Shown piece by piece: positions 1 to 9,580 of a stretch of DNA of 64,000 nt. The notes beneath the pieces are model-generated. The model was given only the letters and a program-made list of their open reading frames with translations, was not told the origin of the DNA and searched no databases. Within the stretch, counting starts at the first letter, position 1. Each line of letters starts with the position of its first letter. The position numbers and the translations under genes are program-made. This stretch comes from an uncultured Verrucomicrobiota bacterium (lineage in GTDB: Bacteria; Verrucomicrobiota; Kiritimatiellia; RZYC01): positions 20,742-84,741 of the forward strand of contig CAZBEO010000001.1 of NCBI GenBank assembly GCA_964490935.1, in the 5' to 3' direction.

Positions 1-978
1 CAAAGCCTCCTCGCTGTCCACGCATACGGCATCCACATATCCGCAGGCCAGGGCAAGCTGTACGAAATCCACATCAAACCCCGCCGTTTTCTGCGCGCCC
101 ACAGAATCATGCACCCCGTTGTTCAATAACACATGATGAAAATGGGGGGCTTTCAAAGAGCCGATTATGGCCGGCGCGCCGAGATGCATCAGCAGCGCGC
201 CATCTCCGTCGAGACATATAACCGGGCGCTCGGTCTGCTGAAGAGCAATGCCCAAGGCAATCTGCGAGGCATGTCCCATGGAGCCGACCGTCAGAAAATC
301 TTTTTCATGATCCTGGCCACTCCGTTCACGGTATTCATATAACTCTCGCGAGAGTTGCCCCGTGGTGGAAACGACCGCCGCACGCTCCGGCAGGCAGGAC
401 ACCACCCATTCAACAGCGGCTTCCCGCTTCAACGAATAACGCACAGCGGAAGTCTTCCGCGCATACGGCTCGAATGTCCCGGCACGCACCAGCAACGCTA
501 CAGGCCGACGATCCGTTATGCTGCACCGTATCATTTCCTCCACACAGACGGCGGACTCTTGATCGTTGTCGGGAAGAAGCCGGCAGGGAATGCCCATGGC
601 TTCAAAAAGCGCCTGGGTTACCTTGCCCTGCTTCAGGTGCTGGGGTTCATCCTTCACGCCCGGTTCGCCACGCCAACCCACCAGCAGAAGCATGGGAATG
701 CCGTACACCTCAGGATCGGCCAGCGACAATAATGGATTCACGGCATTACCCTGGCCGGAGTTCTGCATGTAAACGAGAGCGGGACGCCCGGTCGCCAGAT
801 AATGGCCAGCCGCCAGGGCTACCGCGCCGCCTTCATTGGCAGCCGTCACATGGCGTCCTGTCGGCACCTCTTCGCTCACACAGGCACAAAACGACTTCAG
901 CAGCGAATCCGGAACGCCCGTAAAAAACGATACGCCGCACCCATCCAGCGTTTGAATAAATGAGTTAACCGATATCAT
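1..978 (-). CDS. aepY: phosphonopyruvate decarboxylase (ThDP-dependent), C-terminus cut by the window edge
   Basis: Reverse-strand translation from the ATG at 978..976 gives MISVNSFIQTLDGCGVSFFTGVPDSLL...LDGDGALLMHLGA. The ThDP GDG motif and the Ppd-like N-terminus are present. It sits 2 nt downstream of the PEP mutase stop. Confidence 0.7.
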   Translation of the reverse strand, partial: MISVNSFIQTLDGCGVSFFTGVPDSLLKSFCACVSEEVPTGRHVTAANEGGAVALAAGHYLATGRPALVYMQNSGQGNAVNPLLSLADPEVYGIPMLLLVGWRGEPGVKDEPQHLKQGKVTQALFEAMGIPCRLLPDNDQESAVCVEEMIRCSITDRRPVALLVRAGTFEPYARKTSAVRYSLKREAAVEWVVSCLPERAAVVSTTGQLSRELYEYRERSGQDHEKDFLTVGSMGHASQIALGIALQQTERPVICLDGDGALLMHLGAPAIIGSLKAPHFHHVLLNNGVHDSVGAQKTAGFDVDFVQLALACGYVDAVCVDSEEAL

Positions 979-980
979 GA

Positions 981-2279
981 CTAAATAAGCCCAATCACGT
1001 CTTTAATCGGCATGCAAAGCGCATCGGCTTCCCGTGCGCGTCCATGCAATAAAATGCTTTCCGCCGTTTTCTGCATGGCCGGATAGGCACTGCGTAAAAG
1101 CTGATTGGCATAGATCACCACATGCACGCCATGCCTTTCCAGTTCCTCCTCCGTCACCTGCGAATAGGTGCTTGGCACGGCCACCAGCGGAACACGGCGG
1201 GACAGCTTGGCGTACGCCTCACAAAAGGTGAAAAGTTCATCGGGCGTTTTGGCCTTGCTGTGGATCATGATGCCATCGGCCCCGGCTTCTATATAAGCCT
1301 GCACCCGGCTCAGCGCATCGGCCATCCCCGCACCCGTTATCAGACTCTCGCATCGGGCAATGATCATAAAATCATCAGAAATCTGCGACGCCTTCCCGGC
1401 GCGGATTTTTTCCGACATGATCGCCACGTCGGCCTGCTGCTGATTATTTCCAGCATCCAGCAGGGAATTTTTTTTCAGTCCGACCTTATCCTCAATGATC
1501 ACGGCAGAGATACCGAGCCGCTCGAGCGTACGCACCATGAACACAAAGTGCTCCGAAAGTCCTCCGCTGTCGCCATCATAAATAATGGGCTTCGTGGTGA
1601 CCTCAAGGATGTCATTCACCGTATGCAATCGCGAAGTGAGATCCACGCATTCAATATCCGGCTTCCCCTTCAGCGTGGAATCGGTCAGACTGCTCAGCCA
1701 CATGGCATCGAACTCGATGTTTTGAGGACCTCTCTTTACGCGGCAGTTTTCCACAATCAAACCACTGAGACCGCTGTGCGCTTCCAACGCGCGGATAAGT
1801 GGTTTCACCTTCAACAGGCGACGCAGACGCTGCCGCCGAATGTCCGGCGTGACGCCGACTTCGCGAATCGCCTTGTTAAGCTGCGTGGAAGAAATGCCTG
1901 GGGTATAGGAAGGCTCAATGAGTTCGCCCCCCCATTCGGCCAGCGCGTCGATCACGCGTTGGCGCGTCTCGCGCTGCACGCCCTCGCGCCAGTCATCGCC
2001 ATGCACCACGTAGTCGGGTTTTAATTCGCGCAGATTCGGCACATAATCCAGCGTATGCTGAGGCACCACCCGCACCACTCCCTTCAGACTTTCAACCACG
2101 GCGGCCCGCTGTTCATAGATCATGTATGGAAGGCGCTTATAGCTCGCAATGGCTTCATCGGTCAACACCCCCACCGTCACGTCGCCATATTCCGCCGCCA
2201 CCTTCAATATGTTCAAGTGTCCCGGATGAATAATGTCCGCGCTCATACCCACATATACTGTTTTCATAATGGCTGCCAT
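981..2279 (-). CDS. aepX: bifunctional cytidylyltransferase / phosphoenolpyruvate mutase
   Basis: The N-terminus carries the HxGH nucleotidyltransferase motif ([10 protein letters not shown]). The C-terminal ICL/PEPM domain carries the EDK motif ([13 protein letters not shown]) and GDSGG. Confidence 0.75.
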   Translation of the reverse strand: MAAIMKTVYVGMSADIIHPGHLNILKVAAEYGDVTVGVLTDEAIASYKRLPYMIYEQRAAVVESLKGVVRVVPQHTLDYVPNLRELKPDYVVHGDDWREGVQRETRQRVIDALAEWGGELIEPSYTPGISSTQLNKAIREVGVTPDIRRQRLRRLLKVKPLIRALEAHSGLSGLIVENCRVKRGPQNIEFDAMWLSSLTDSTLKGKPDIECVDLTSRLHTVNDILEVTTKPIIYDGDSGGLSEHFVFMVRTLERLGISAVIIEDKVGLKKNSLLDAGNNQQQADVAIMSEKIRAGKASQISDDFMIIARCESLITGAGMADALSRVQAYIEAGADGIMIHSKAKTPDELFTFCEAYAKLSRRVPLVAVPSTYSQVTEEELERHGVHVVIYANQLLRSAYPAMQKTAESILLHGRAREADALCMPIKDVIGLI

Positions 2280-2312
2280 TTATCCTGCTTTATGTTCGCT
2301 GTTCTCTTTATG

Positions 2313-3494
2313 CTATGGAAACGTGGTCTCCAACTCGCTGAGCAGTTCAATCAATCCGATCACCCGCACGTTTGGTCTTAGCGTATAGCCGCCTTCAACC
2401 ATTGGACACACCACCCAGACCTGTTCCAAATTCAAACTCTCTTTTGTGGCGTTAAATCCTTTTGACAATTTGGGTGACAAGGAGGCTTTGCATTCAAAGC
2501 CGATCCGTCGCTGTCCCTGCTCCAGGATCAGATCAATTTCTTCGCCGGATGAAGTACGATAAAAGGAAGCCCGCCATCGAGGTAACTTCTGCGTGATTTG
2601 CTCTATACAAAGCCCCTCCCAAGAAGCTCCAAACAGTGGATGCGCAAAGAGGTCATCGTAAGAATGAATTTCCTGCAAGGCATGCAGAATGCCCGTGTCA
2701 CGAATATAGAATTTAGGTGCCTTCACAAGGCGTTTTTTCAGATTCAGCTCAAGGGGGGGCAAAACCCGAATCATGAACGTCTGTTCAAGCAGATCAATGT
2801 ATTTAAACACCGTACTGTGCGACCACCCCAACGATTGCCCGATCTTGGAGGCATTCAGAAGCTGTCCGTGGTAATGCGAGATCATTCGCCAGAACCGGAA
2901 AAGCCTGTTCGCAGAGATGGAAAATCCCAGCTCCGGGATGTCTCGACTCATAAAGGTCTGGATAAAATCATCCACCCATTCCCTGCATAAGCTGTCGCTT
3001 CGGGCCAGATAGGCCAGAGGAAATCCTCCCCTCCACCATAGCTTTTTAAATAGAGCCGGTCCCGGCGTCTCCAGATATACTTCTTCCAGCAAAAAGGGTG
3101 TCAATTCCAGATAATGAATACGGCCTGCAAGAGTTTCCTTTCCTTTCCGAATTAGATCCTGAGAAGCTGAGCCAAGTAGTAGAAAACGCCCTGGTCTTCT
3201 ATCCTGATCAACCAGCGCCCGCATCAACGGAAAGAGTGACGGCAACCGTTGGATTTCGTCGATGCAAACCAACTGGTCGGCACGCTCGCCAAGAAAAAGC
3301 TCCGGCTCTTCCAACCGCCTTAAATCAGAGGGCAATTCCAAGTCTAAAAACAGCAGATCATCCCGATCTTTCAACGTTTGATGCACCAACGTTGACTTGC
3401 CACACTGCCGAGGCCCTAAAACAGCCGTAACAGGATGATTGCTAACTGATTGCGCAAGTATATCAACCATATTCCGATGGTATAATGTTTGCAT
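2313..3494 (-). CDS. AAA+ ATPase with DUF4143 domain (COG1373-like)
   Basis: Walker A motif GPRQCGKSTL with a DUF4143-like C-terminal half. ATG start. Confidence 0.7.
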   Translation of the reverse strand: MQTLYHRNMVDILAQSVSNHPVTAVLGPRQCGKSTLVHQTLKDRDDLLFLDLELPSDLRRLEEPELFLGERADQLVCIDEIQRLPSLFPLMRALVDQDRRPGRFLLLGSASQDLIRKGKETLAGRIHYLELTPFLLEEVYLETPGPALFKKLWWRGGFPLAYLARSDSLCREWVDDFIQTFMSRDIPELGFSISANRLFRFWRMISHYHGQLLNASKIGQSLGWSHSTVFKYIDLLEQTFMIRVLPPLELNLKKRLVKAPKFYIRDTGILHALQEIHSYDDLFAHPLFGASWEGLCIEQITQKLPRWRASFYRTSSGEEIDLILEQGQRRIGFECKASLSPKLSKGFNATKESLNLEQVWVVCPMVEGGYTLRPNVRVIGLIELLSELETTFP

Positions 3495-3508
3495 TTCGCA
3501 CGTTACTA

Positions 3509-3531
3509 TTGCAATTTACAAAGAATTGCAA
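3509..3531. promoter_or_regulatory. perfect 8-bp inverted repeat TTGCAATT-N7-AATTGCAA upstream of the ATPase gene
   Basis: Seen directly in the sequence, about 15-35 bp upstream of the 2313..3494 start codon. A candidate operator. Confidence 0.25.
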
Positions 3532-3629
3532 GCTGAATCTTTTTCTCCGCGCTTGAAATCGTGTGGTTGCGGCGATGCTGCTCCACGCAATCTGTGGACT
3601 ACCATGATCTTCGCCCGCTCCCTTACCGC

Positions 3630-4571
3630 TCAGATTCTGTTCAGCTCATACCATTCGATCGTATTCTTCAGCCCCTCCCGGAAGTGCGTGGCAGATTTAA
3701 AGCCAAAGGCCTTTTCGGCGCGGGTGGTATCGAGTTTGCGGCGGGGCTGTCCGTTGGGCTTCGTGGTATCCCAGCGGATTTCTCCGTGGAACCCGGTCAG
3801 TTCGGCGATGAGCGCGACTAGGTCTTTGATGCTGATTTCATGGCAACTACCCAGGTTCACCGGCTCACTGTCGTTGTACTGCTCGGAGGCCAGCAGAATG
3901 CCCTCGGCGGCATCATCGACATATAGAAATTCGCGCGTAGCGGAACCATCGCCCCAGACTTCGATAAAGCCGGTTTTGGCATCGCGCGCCTCGACGCATT
4001 TCTTGATCAGCGCGGGGATCACATGCGAACTTTCCGGGTTGAAGTTGTCACGCGGCCCGTACAGGTTCACCGGAAGCAGAAAGATGGAATTATAACCATA
4101 CTGCTGACGGTACGCCTGCGACTGCACCAGCAGCATCTTCTTCGCGAGCCCGTAGGGTGCGTTGGTTTCTTCCGGATAGCCGTCCCAGAGGTCTTCTTCC
4201 TTGAAGGGCACCGGCGTATATTTCGGATACGCGCAAATTGTTCCGAGCGCCACGAATTTTTCCACCTTCCGCACATACGATTCATGCAGCAACTGCACGC
4301 CCATCATCAGGTTATTGTAGAAAAACTCGCCCGGATGCTCCCTATTCGCGCCGATGCCCCCCACCTGTGCCGCCAGATGAATCACCATCGTCGGCATGCA
4401 ACTGTCCAGCAGGCGGCACACATCCTCCTTCTTGCACAAATCGCACTTCTCATGCTGCGGAATCGTAATGATGGGTACGCCAGCGGCCTTCAGGCGCTCC
4501 ACGACGAACGATCCAAGAAAGCCCGAACCACCCGTCACCACCACCCGTTGTTGTTTCCAAAATTCGTTCAT
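3630..4571 (-). CDS. fcl: GDP-L-fucose synthase (GDP-4-keto-6-deoxymannose 3,5-epimerase/4-reductase)
   Basis: GGSGFLGS Rossmann fold, PYGLAKK catalytic YxxxK, and the GMER signature [32 protein letters not shown]. Confidence 0.85.
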   Translation of the reverse strand: MNEFWKQQRVVVTGGSGFLGSFVVERLKAAGVPIITIPQHEKCDLCKKEDVCRLLDSCMPTMVIHLAAQVGGIGANREHPGEFFYNNLMMGVQLLHESYVRKVEKFVALGTICAYPKYTPVPFKEEDLWDGYPEETNAPYGLAKKMLLVQSQAYRQQYGYNSIFLLPVNLYGPRDNFNPESSHVIPALIKKCVEARDAKTGFIEVWGDGSATREFLYVDDAAEGILLASEQYNDSEPVNLGSCHEISIKDLVALIAELTGFHGEIRWDTTKPNGQPRRKLDTTRAEKAFGFKSATHFREGLKNTIEWYELNRI

Positions 4572-4659
4572 TGAATTCTCCTTTGGGAAAGAAAAGAAGA
4601 CCCCTTACCCGTTTTTATAAAAGATCCTATTCCGGAGATGGCCCCGTGTTCTATTTTCA

Positions 4660-5841
4660 TCATTTAAGCCATTCAATGGGATCTGTTTTAAAGAAAACTT
4701 CAAACGGAATGCCCGACGGACCAACGACGACTGCTTTCGCATCGGGATATTCTCGCCGGAAGGCCGAAAGGCCCTGCTGATACCCCGGCCGTCCACTTTT
4801 TACCTCCAGCGCACAAATGGACTCCCCGTTCGATAGCACGTAATCTACTTCGTGCGGCCCTCTTCGCCAATACGTAACCACGCTGTTTGTACCAACGAGA
4901 TAGTTCAGCAAGTGGGCTCCGACGGCGTTCTCAATAAGGCGTCCGCGCCAGGTGGAATCCTGCATAGCCTTCTCACGGCTTTTCATACACAACCCATTGA
5001 TCAGCGCATTATTCCAGAGTACCAGCTTAGGGCTGCTTCCCCGTTTCTTAACATGCCCTTTCGAAAACAATTCCAACCCGCTGACCAGATACGCCCGATC
5101 AAGCAGCGTCAGGTAATGAGCCAGGGTCGTGGTATTGCCTGCATCATTCAACTGTCCGAGCATTTTATTATAGGAGAATAACTGGGCGGGAAAAGCTGCT
5201 GCCAGCCCGAATAGATTTCGCAGCAGGGCGGGTTTGTTGATCGGCTGCATTTGAAGGACGTCTCTCGAGATGGTTGATTCCACCAAGGCATCTCGAACGT
5301 ATTGCTTCCAATCATCCTCATTGTCGACGAACCGGGCCGCACCCGGATAACCGCCGAAAAAGAACCAATCCTCCAGCGACCAACCGAACGCTTCCTGCGT
5401 TTCCGCCCAATCCCAATGTGAAAATCGGTGAAGAAAAAAACGACCAGCCAAACTTTCCGTCAGCCCTTTTTGCAGCAGGAGCGCCGAGGAGCCCAGCAGC
5501 AGGAGCCGAATGTCGGCCTTGCGGCCATCCCAGAAATACTTAATCGCCTCGCTCCAATTCGGGAGCTTTTGCACCTCATCCAGGATCAGCAGCACGGGGG
5601 AGTTGTTTTTTGCACACTCCATTTCGGCCCGCTGCCATTGCGAGCTCAACCACGAATCGGCATCGGAAACCATGTAATCCGCCGTGGCATAGATAGAAGG
5701 ATAGTCCAGTTCGGCGGCAATCTGGCGGGAGGCAGTGGTCTTCCCCACTTGACGGGGACCTGTAATCACTTGAAAAACCGACGGCGTTTCGACCAGTTTA
5801 CGCACAATCGCCGGCACAGAATGTCTTTTTATTTCATTCAT
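4660..5841 (-). CDS. AAA+ ATPase with DUF4143 domain (paralog of 2313..3494)
   Basis: Walker A motif GPRQVGKTT and a LILDEVQK Walker B-like motif. The ORF-track start at 5877 is a TTG, so the internal ATG at 5841 is preferred. Confidence 0.6.
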   Translation of the reverse strand: MNEIKRHSVPAIVRKLVETPSVFQVITGPRQVGKTTASRQIAAELDYPSIYATADYMVSDADSWLSSQWQRAEMECAKNNSPVLLILDEVQKLPNWSEAIKYFWDGRKADIRLLLLGSSALLLQKGLTESLAGRFFLHRFSHWDWAETQEAFGWSLEDWFFFGGYPGAARFVDNEDDWKQYVRDALVESTISRDVLQMQPINKPALLRNLFGLAAAFPAQLFSYNKMLGQLNDAGNTTTLAHYLTLLDRAYLVSGLELFSKGHVKKRGSSPKLVLWNNALINGLCMKSREKAMQDSTWRGRLIENAVGAHLLNYLVGTNSVVTYWRRGPHEVDYVLSNGESICALEVKSGRPGYQQGLSAFRREYPDAKAVVVGPSGIPFEVFFKTDPIEWLK

Positions 5842-6008
5842 AGAGAAAGAGTAACCAATCATACTCAATGACTGCAAGATTATTGCTCAATGGAGAAGGC
5901 CCCGGCAGGATAAGCAGGAGGAAAATCCGGTCCATCCCCTTCATCCCGTCTAAAATTATTGGTTACGACTATACTGCTCCAGTCTCTAGGCGCACCATGG
6001 GCACCCCC

Positions 6009-6503
6009 TCACTTCATCAGCATACCCAGCATGACCTTATCCCACACCCATTGCACGCGCTCCTTGAACTGCGTGAAGCGCTTGATTCGTTTCTTTATGA
6101 ACTTCAGTTCTTCGTTGTTCTTTTGCGTGCCGTATTCCTTCAGCAGGCTCTGCGTCTGCTTGAGAACCTCTTCCGTGCGTTCCATGTGCTGTGCAATACT
6201 GTCGAGCATGGCCTTGCGCATGAACTTGCCCCAGTCTTCCGTCGCCTCGTAATAATCCTTGCGGTCCCCTTTTTTCCATACCTTCTTCAGAGCACCCCAC
6301 TGCTCCAGTTGTCGAACCGACATGCTGGCGCTGCCTTTGCTGATACCGAGGGCTTCGGTCAGGGCATCGAGACTCTGTGCCTCGCTGCTCAAATAGAGAT
6401 GGGCAAAAATCTGCCCGATCACCCGCCCCACGCCAAAGGATTGCGTAGCGCCCCCAGCCAATTCCACAAACGGAGCACGCAGTTCATTCACTTGTTCTTG
6501 CAT
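6009..6503 (-). CDS. MarR/GbsR-family winged-helix transcriptional regulator
   Basis: HTH segment LDALTEALGISKGSASMSVRQLEQWGAL. 164 aa. Palindromes lie near its start (6505..6524) and upstream (6733..6748). Confidence 0.5.
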   Translation of the reverse strand: MQEQVNELRAPFVELAGGATQSFGVGRVIGQIFAHLYLSSEAQSLDALTEALGISKGSASMSVRQLEQWGALKKVWKKGDRKDYYEATEDWGKFMRKAMLDSIAQHMERTEEVLKQTQSLLKEYGTQKNNEELKFIKKRIKRFTQFKERVQWVWDKVMLGMLMK

Positions 6504-6856
6504 AGACTTCGTCCCTGTGAAGTCCCGGACGGCGAGGCTTCCCTTGGCTGTTTACGAATAGTTGTGAACCGGATTTCTGACATGAAAACGACACGCCTGT
6601 GCGTTCATTTTGTTTTGAACGTATCATATCCCGCGTCGGGGTCAAGCGGGAAACAAGGCCCATGCGGGGTGGCGGGGAGGGGTATGGATCGCACGGGCGC
6701 TGCAAGCGAATGGCTACTTCAATACAGCATTTCGCAAACTTTCGTTTGCATGCAGCAATCCGTCATCTCATCCCGGAGTCGGCTATACCTGTGATCGTGG
6801 ACTACAGCTTCGAGCAACTATATGCCCAAAAATCGGACGGATTGCTACGGGTTGCT

Positions 6857-7822
6857 TTAGAGTTGGGCGACGCGGGCCTTTTGAATCCCGGTGAGCTGCA
6901 CGAGTATCTGCCGCTTGGAGCGTTCGTTCATGCAGAGAATGCGTTCACCGAGGCGCCCGGTGCTGAGGGCCTTGGCGCGCAGAGAAATCTGCAGGCTGCC
7001 CTGGCCAGCGGTCACCATGATGTAGTCGCCTTTTTTGGCGCACAAGGGGGTCCGCACGTAGTTGCGCAGAATGGGCGTGCCCTGTTTGACGGCGCGGTCC
7101 ATTTCCTGGCCGGTGATGGCTTCCTCCACCGGGATGCGCTTTTCGCCTTTGCGCTCCACCGGCATCCGTTCGCTGCGCAGGTCTTCCGGCTGGAGGAGTT
7201 GCCCGCAATCCAGGGCCCGTCCGGCCACCCAGACCTGCTGCAATTCATATTTTTTCAGTCGGACCGGGACATTGCAAATCGGCACTCCATCCACGGAGAT
7301 ATCGACCAGATAGGTGTCGTACTGATTAAAATTCCGGGCCTTGCGCGAGCGCGTCACCTGGAAAGCGGTTTCGCCGCGCGGTATCCAGATGTTGCGCTGG
7401 AGGGGCGCGAACTCCAGCATGAACTCATCGGAGTTGCCGCTCTTTATTCCGAGATGCTGCTCGACGGCTCCGGTCACTTCGCGGGGGGTGACCCGCCGTT
7501 GGGAACGGCTGACGGTGATCTTAATACTCCCGCTCACGCTGGCCGATTTCATGTCGGGGTATTGCTGAAGAGCGTAGGCCACGGAGGTGAGCGGATAGAC
7601 GGATGCTTCGTTGTCGAGGGGCGCATCGAACACCTTGCGATCGAGCCAACCTTCCGGGATGCCGGTCTGGTCCATCAGCATATCGCGCAGGAGAATGTCG
7701 GGTCCGGTTGAAACCACATCCGATTTAATCATCAGCACCTGGGCGCAGGCGAAGACGGGTACGGCGAGACAGCAAGCAATCAGCAGCAGTCTCCGGGCGT
7801 GGGTGCAGGCGTATTTTTTCAT
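6857..7822 (-). CDS. flgA: flagellar basal-body P-ring formation chaperone FlgA
   Basis: Signal peptide, SAF/FlgA C-terminal domain (GDYIMVTAGQGSLQISLRAKALSTGRLGERI). ATG at 7822 with an AAGGAG RBS. The ORF-track start at 7825 is a GTG. Confidence 0.75.
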   Translation of the reverse strand: MKKYACTHARRLLLIACCLAVPVFACAQVLMIKSDVVSTGPDILLRDMLMDQTGIPEGWLDRKVFDAPLDNEASVYPLTSVAYALQQYPDMKSASVSGSIKITVSRSQRRVTPREVTGAVEQHLGIKSGNSDEFMLEFAPLQRNIWIPRGETAFQVTRSRKARNFNQYDTYLVDISVDGVPICNVPVRLKKYELQQVWVAGRALDCGQLLQPEDLRSERMPVERKGEKRIPVEEAITGQEMDRAVKQGTPILRNYVRTPLCAKKGDYIMVTAGQGSLQISLRAKALSTGRLGERILCMNERSKRQILVQLTGIQKARVAQL

Positions 7823-7846
7823 CACAATGCTCCTTTTAAATGATTC

Positions 7847-8629
7847 CTATCGTCTCAAGGTGTTGGCAATGCCTTCCATTTCATCGGCGGCCTTGATGGT
7901 TTTCGAGTTGGCTTCGTAGGCGCGCTGCGAGAGGATCATGTGCACAAGTTCTTCGGCGGCATTCACGGCGGACGTTTCGGTGTACTTATGCGCTACCGTA
8001 CCCATGCCTTCCTCTCCGGGAATCATGCCGGCCTGCGGGGCACCGCTGGATTCCGATTCCGTAAACAGATTCCGCCCTATGCTGCGGAGCCCTTCGGGAT
8101 TCTGAAAGCGGACAAGCGTGACCTGGGCCAACTGAACCGGGTCGCCGTTGACGATCACGGTAAAGGACCCATCGGGTGCAACCGTGGTTTCGGTGGTTCC
8201 TTCGGGGATGTTGTCGAATCCGGTAACGCGATAGCCATCCACCGTGACGACCTCGCCGGTGGAGGTGCTGCGGAAGTTGCCGTCGCGAGTATAACCGGCG
8301 GTACCATCGGGCAGCGTAACCTCAAAAAACCCTTCGCCTTCGACCGCAAAATCCAGGTCACGTCCCGTTTCTTTGAGCGAGCCCTGCCGGAAGACTTTGG
8401 CGATTTCCGTCACCTTGGTGCCGTGTCCGATCTGTATGCCGTTGGGAATCTGGGCATCCCCGGATTCGGCGCCGGGGGTTAGCAGGGTGGAATAGAGCAT
8501 GTCCCCAAAGGAGATGCGGCTGGGTTTGTAGCCGGTGGTATTGATGTTGGCCAAGTTGTTGGCGATGGTGTCCAACGCCAGTTCCTGTGCCCTCATGCCT
8601 GATACGCCTGCCCATAATGAACGTTCCAT
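7847..8629 (-). CDS. flgG: flagellar distal rod protein FlgG
   Basis: N-terminal ANNLANINTTGYK and C-terminal ELVHMILSQRAYEANSK rod/hook motifs. AAGGAGG RBS. Confidence 0.85.
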   Translation of the reverse strand: MERSLWAGVSGMRAQELALDTIANNLANINTTGYKPSRISFGDMLYSTLLTPGAESGDAQIPNGIQIGHGTKVTEIAKVFRQGSLKETGRDLDFAVEGEGFFEVTLPDGTAGYTRDGNFRSTSTGEVVTVDGYRVTGFDNIPEGTTETTVAPDGSFTVIVNGDPVQLAQVTLVRFQNPEGLRSIGRNLFTESESSGAPQAGMIPGEEGMGTVAHKYTETSAVNAAEELVHMILSQRAYEANSKTIKAADEMEGIANTLRR

Positions 8630-8653
8630 GACTCCTCCTTGTGTAAAAACCGA

Positions 8654-9403
8654 CTAGGCACCCAGGGTGTTGATCATTTTAGTTTGATCCTCATCAAAGG
8701 TCCGTACCATCCGTTGATTGGCCTCAAAGGCCCGCATACAACTGATCATCTCCGCCAGCTCGTCGTAAATGGTCGTATTGCTTGCCTCGAGCGTCTTGTG
8801 CACAATTTCGTATTTATCAACATCGCCCTCACGGGCTGGCATATCTTCGGGCGCGCTGTAGAGTGCCGTTCCGGCCCGATCCAGGCGCTGCAAATCTTCA
8901 AACTGAACCACCTTGAGTGTGCCAAGCAGGTTGTTCTGCGCATCCCGAATGGTTCCGTCCGGCCCGGCGATGAGTTGGGAAAGATTGGCCTCCGGCGGCA
9001 CGACAATATTGCCGTTGGCGCCCTGCACCGGCATGCCGTCCATATTCTGCAGCGTACCATCCGGCCCCATCTTGAAATTCCCGTTTCGAGTATATAAATC
9101 GCGCTTGTCATCCCGTACCACAAAAAAACCGCTTCCCTGCACCGCGAAGTCCAGCGGACGTTCGGTCTGCTTGAGTGGTCCTTCGGTAAAATCAATGAAA
9201 ACCGGATCAAATCGACCTTTTTCGCGCAGGTCTTTGTAGAAATCAACCGACTGATTCAGGAGGGTGTCGAACACCTGGTCGCCCACGGTGAGCTTCTTAA
9301 ATCCAGGCATCGAGCTGTTCGCGATATTCTCGCTTATTGCCTGAAGGCGGTCCTGCTCGCGGCCAAGCATCTGAAATTCTGGACTGTAGAAATCGGCACT
9401 CAT
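8654..9403 (-). CDS. flgF: flagellar proximal rod protein FlgF
   Basis: ISENIANSSMPGFKK and C-terminal MISCMRAFEANQRM motifs. The start is taken at the internal ATG (MSADFYSPEF...), not the long ORF-track extension. No clear SD, so the start is uncertain. Confidence 0.65.
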   Translation of the reverse strand: MSADFYSPEFQMLGREQDRLQAISENIANSSMPGFKKLTVGDQVFDTLLNQSVDFYKDLREKGRFDPVFIDFTEGPLKQTERPLDFAVQGSGFFVVRDDKRDLYTRNGNFKMGPDGTLQNMDGMPVQGANGNIVVPPEANLSQLIAGPDGTIRDAQNNLLGTLKVVQFEDLQRLDRAGTALYSAPEDMPAREGDVDKYEIVHKTLEASNTTIYDELAEMISCMRAFEANQRMVRTFDEDQTKMINTLGA

Positions 9404-9414
9404 GCCGTGGGAAA

Positions 9415-9430
9415 AGCAGGTTGAATGCCA
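9415..9430 (-). promoter_or_regulatory. sigma54 (-24/-12)-like promoter, TGGCATTCAACCTGCT on the minus strand, upstream of flgF
   Basis: GG and GC elements spaced exactly as in TGGCACG-N4-TTGC. A near-identical motif sits divergently upstream of flgH. The -12 element lies only ~12 nt from the proposed flgF ATG. Confidence 0.4.
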
Positions 9431-9475
9431 CGCTTCGACCATTTCTTGCCAATACCTATACCGAACCAACCCACC

Positions 9476-9510
9476 TGCAACCTGCAACCCGCAACCCGGC
9501 ACCTGCACCC
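9476..9510. repeat. five tandem 7-bp units (TGCAACC TGCAACC CGCAACC CGGCACC TGCACCC)
   Basis: Seen directly in the sequence, located between the two divergent sigma54-like promoters. A candidate enhancer/activator-binding tract. Confidence 0.5.
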
Positions 9511-9518
9511 GCCTGATG

Positions 9519-9534
9519 TGGCATTCCTCCTGCT
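9519..9534 (+). promoter_or_regulatory. sigma54 (-24/-12)-like promoter TGGCATTCCTCCTGCT upstream of flgH
   Basis: GG-N10-GC spacing fits the consensus. It lies ~47 nt upstream of the flgH ATG, leaving room for a 5'UTR with the AAGAGG RBS. Confidence 0.45.
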
Positions 9535-9580
9535 ACCCTTATGCCATGAATGTAGAAATAACCCGTGTAAGAGGTGCTTT

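Noticed and set aside
6599-7711. 370-aa plus-strand ORF antisense to flgA
   Set aside because: No motifs and a Gly/Ala/Arg-rich composition. flgA on the opposite strand has signal peptide, RBS and family motifs.
9404-9508. Long N-terminal extension of flgF in the ORF track
   Set aside because: It would run through the sigma54-like promoter and repeat tract. The conserved FlgF N-terminus begins at the internal Met.
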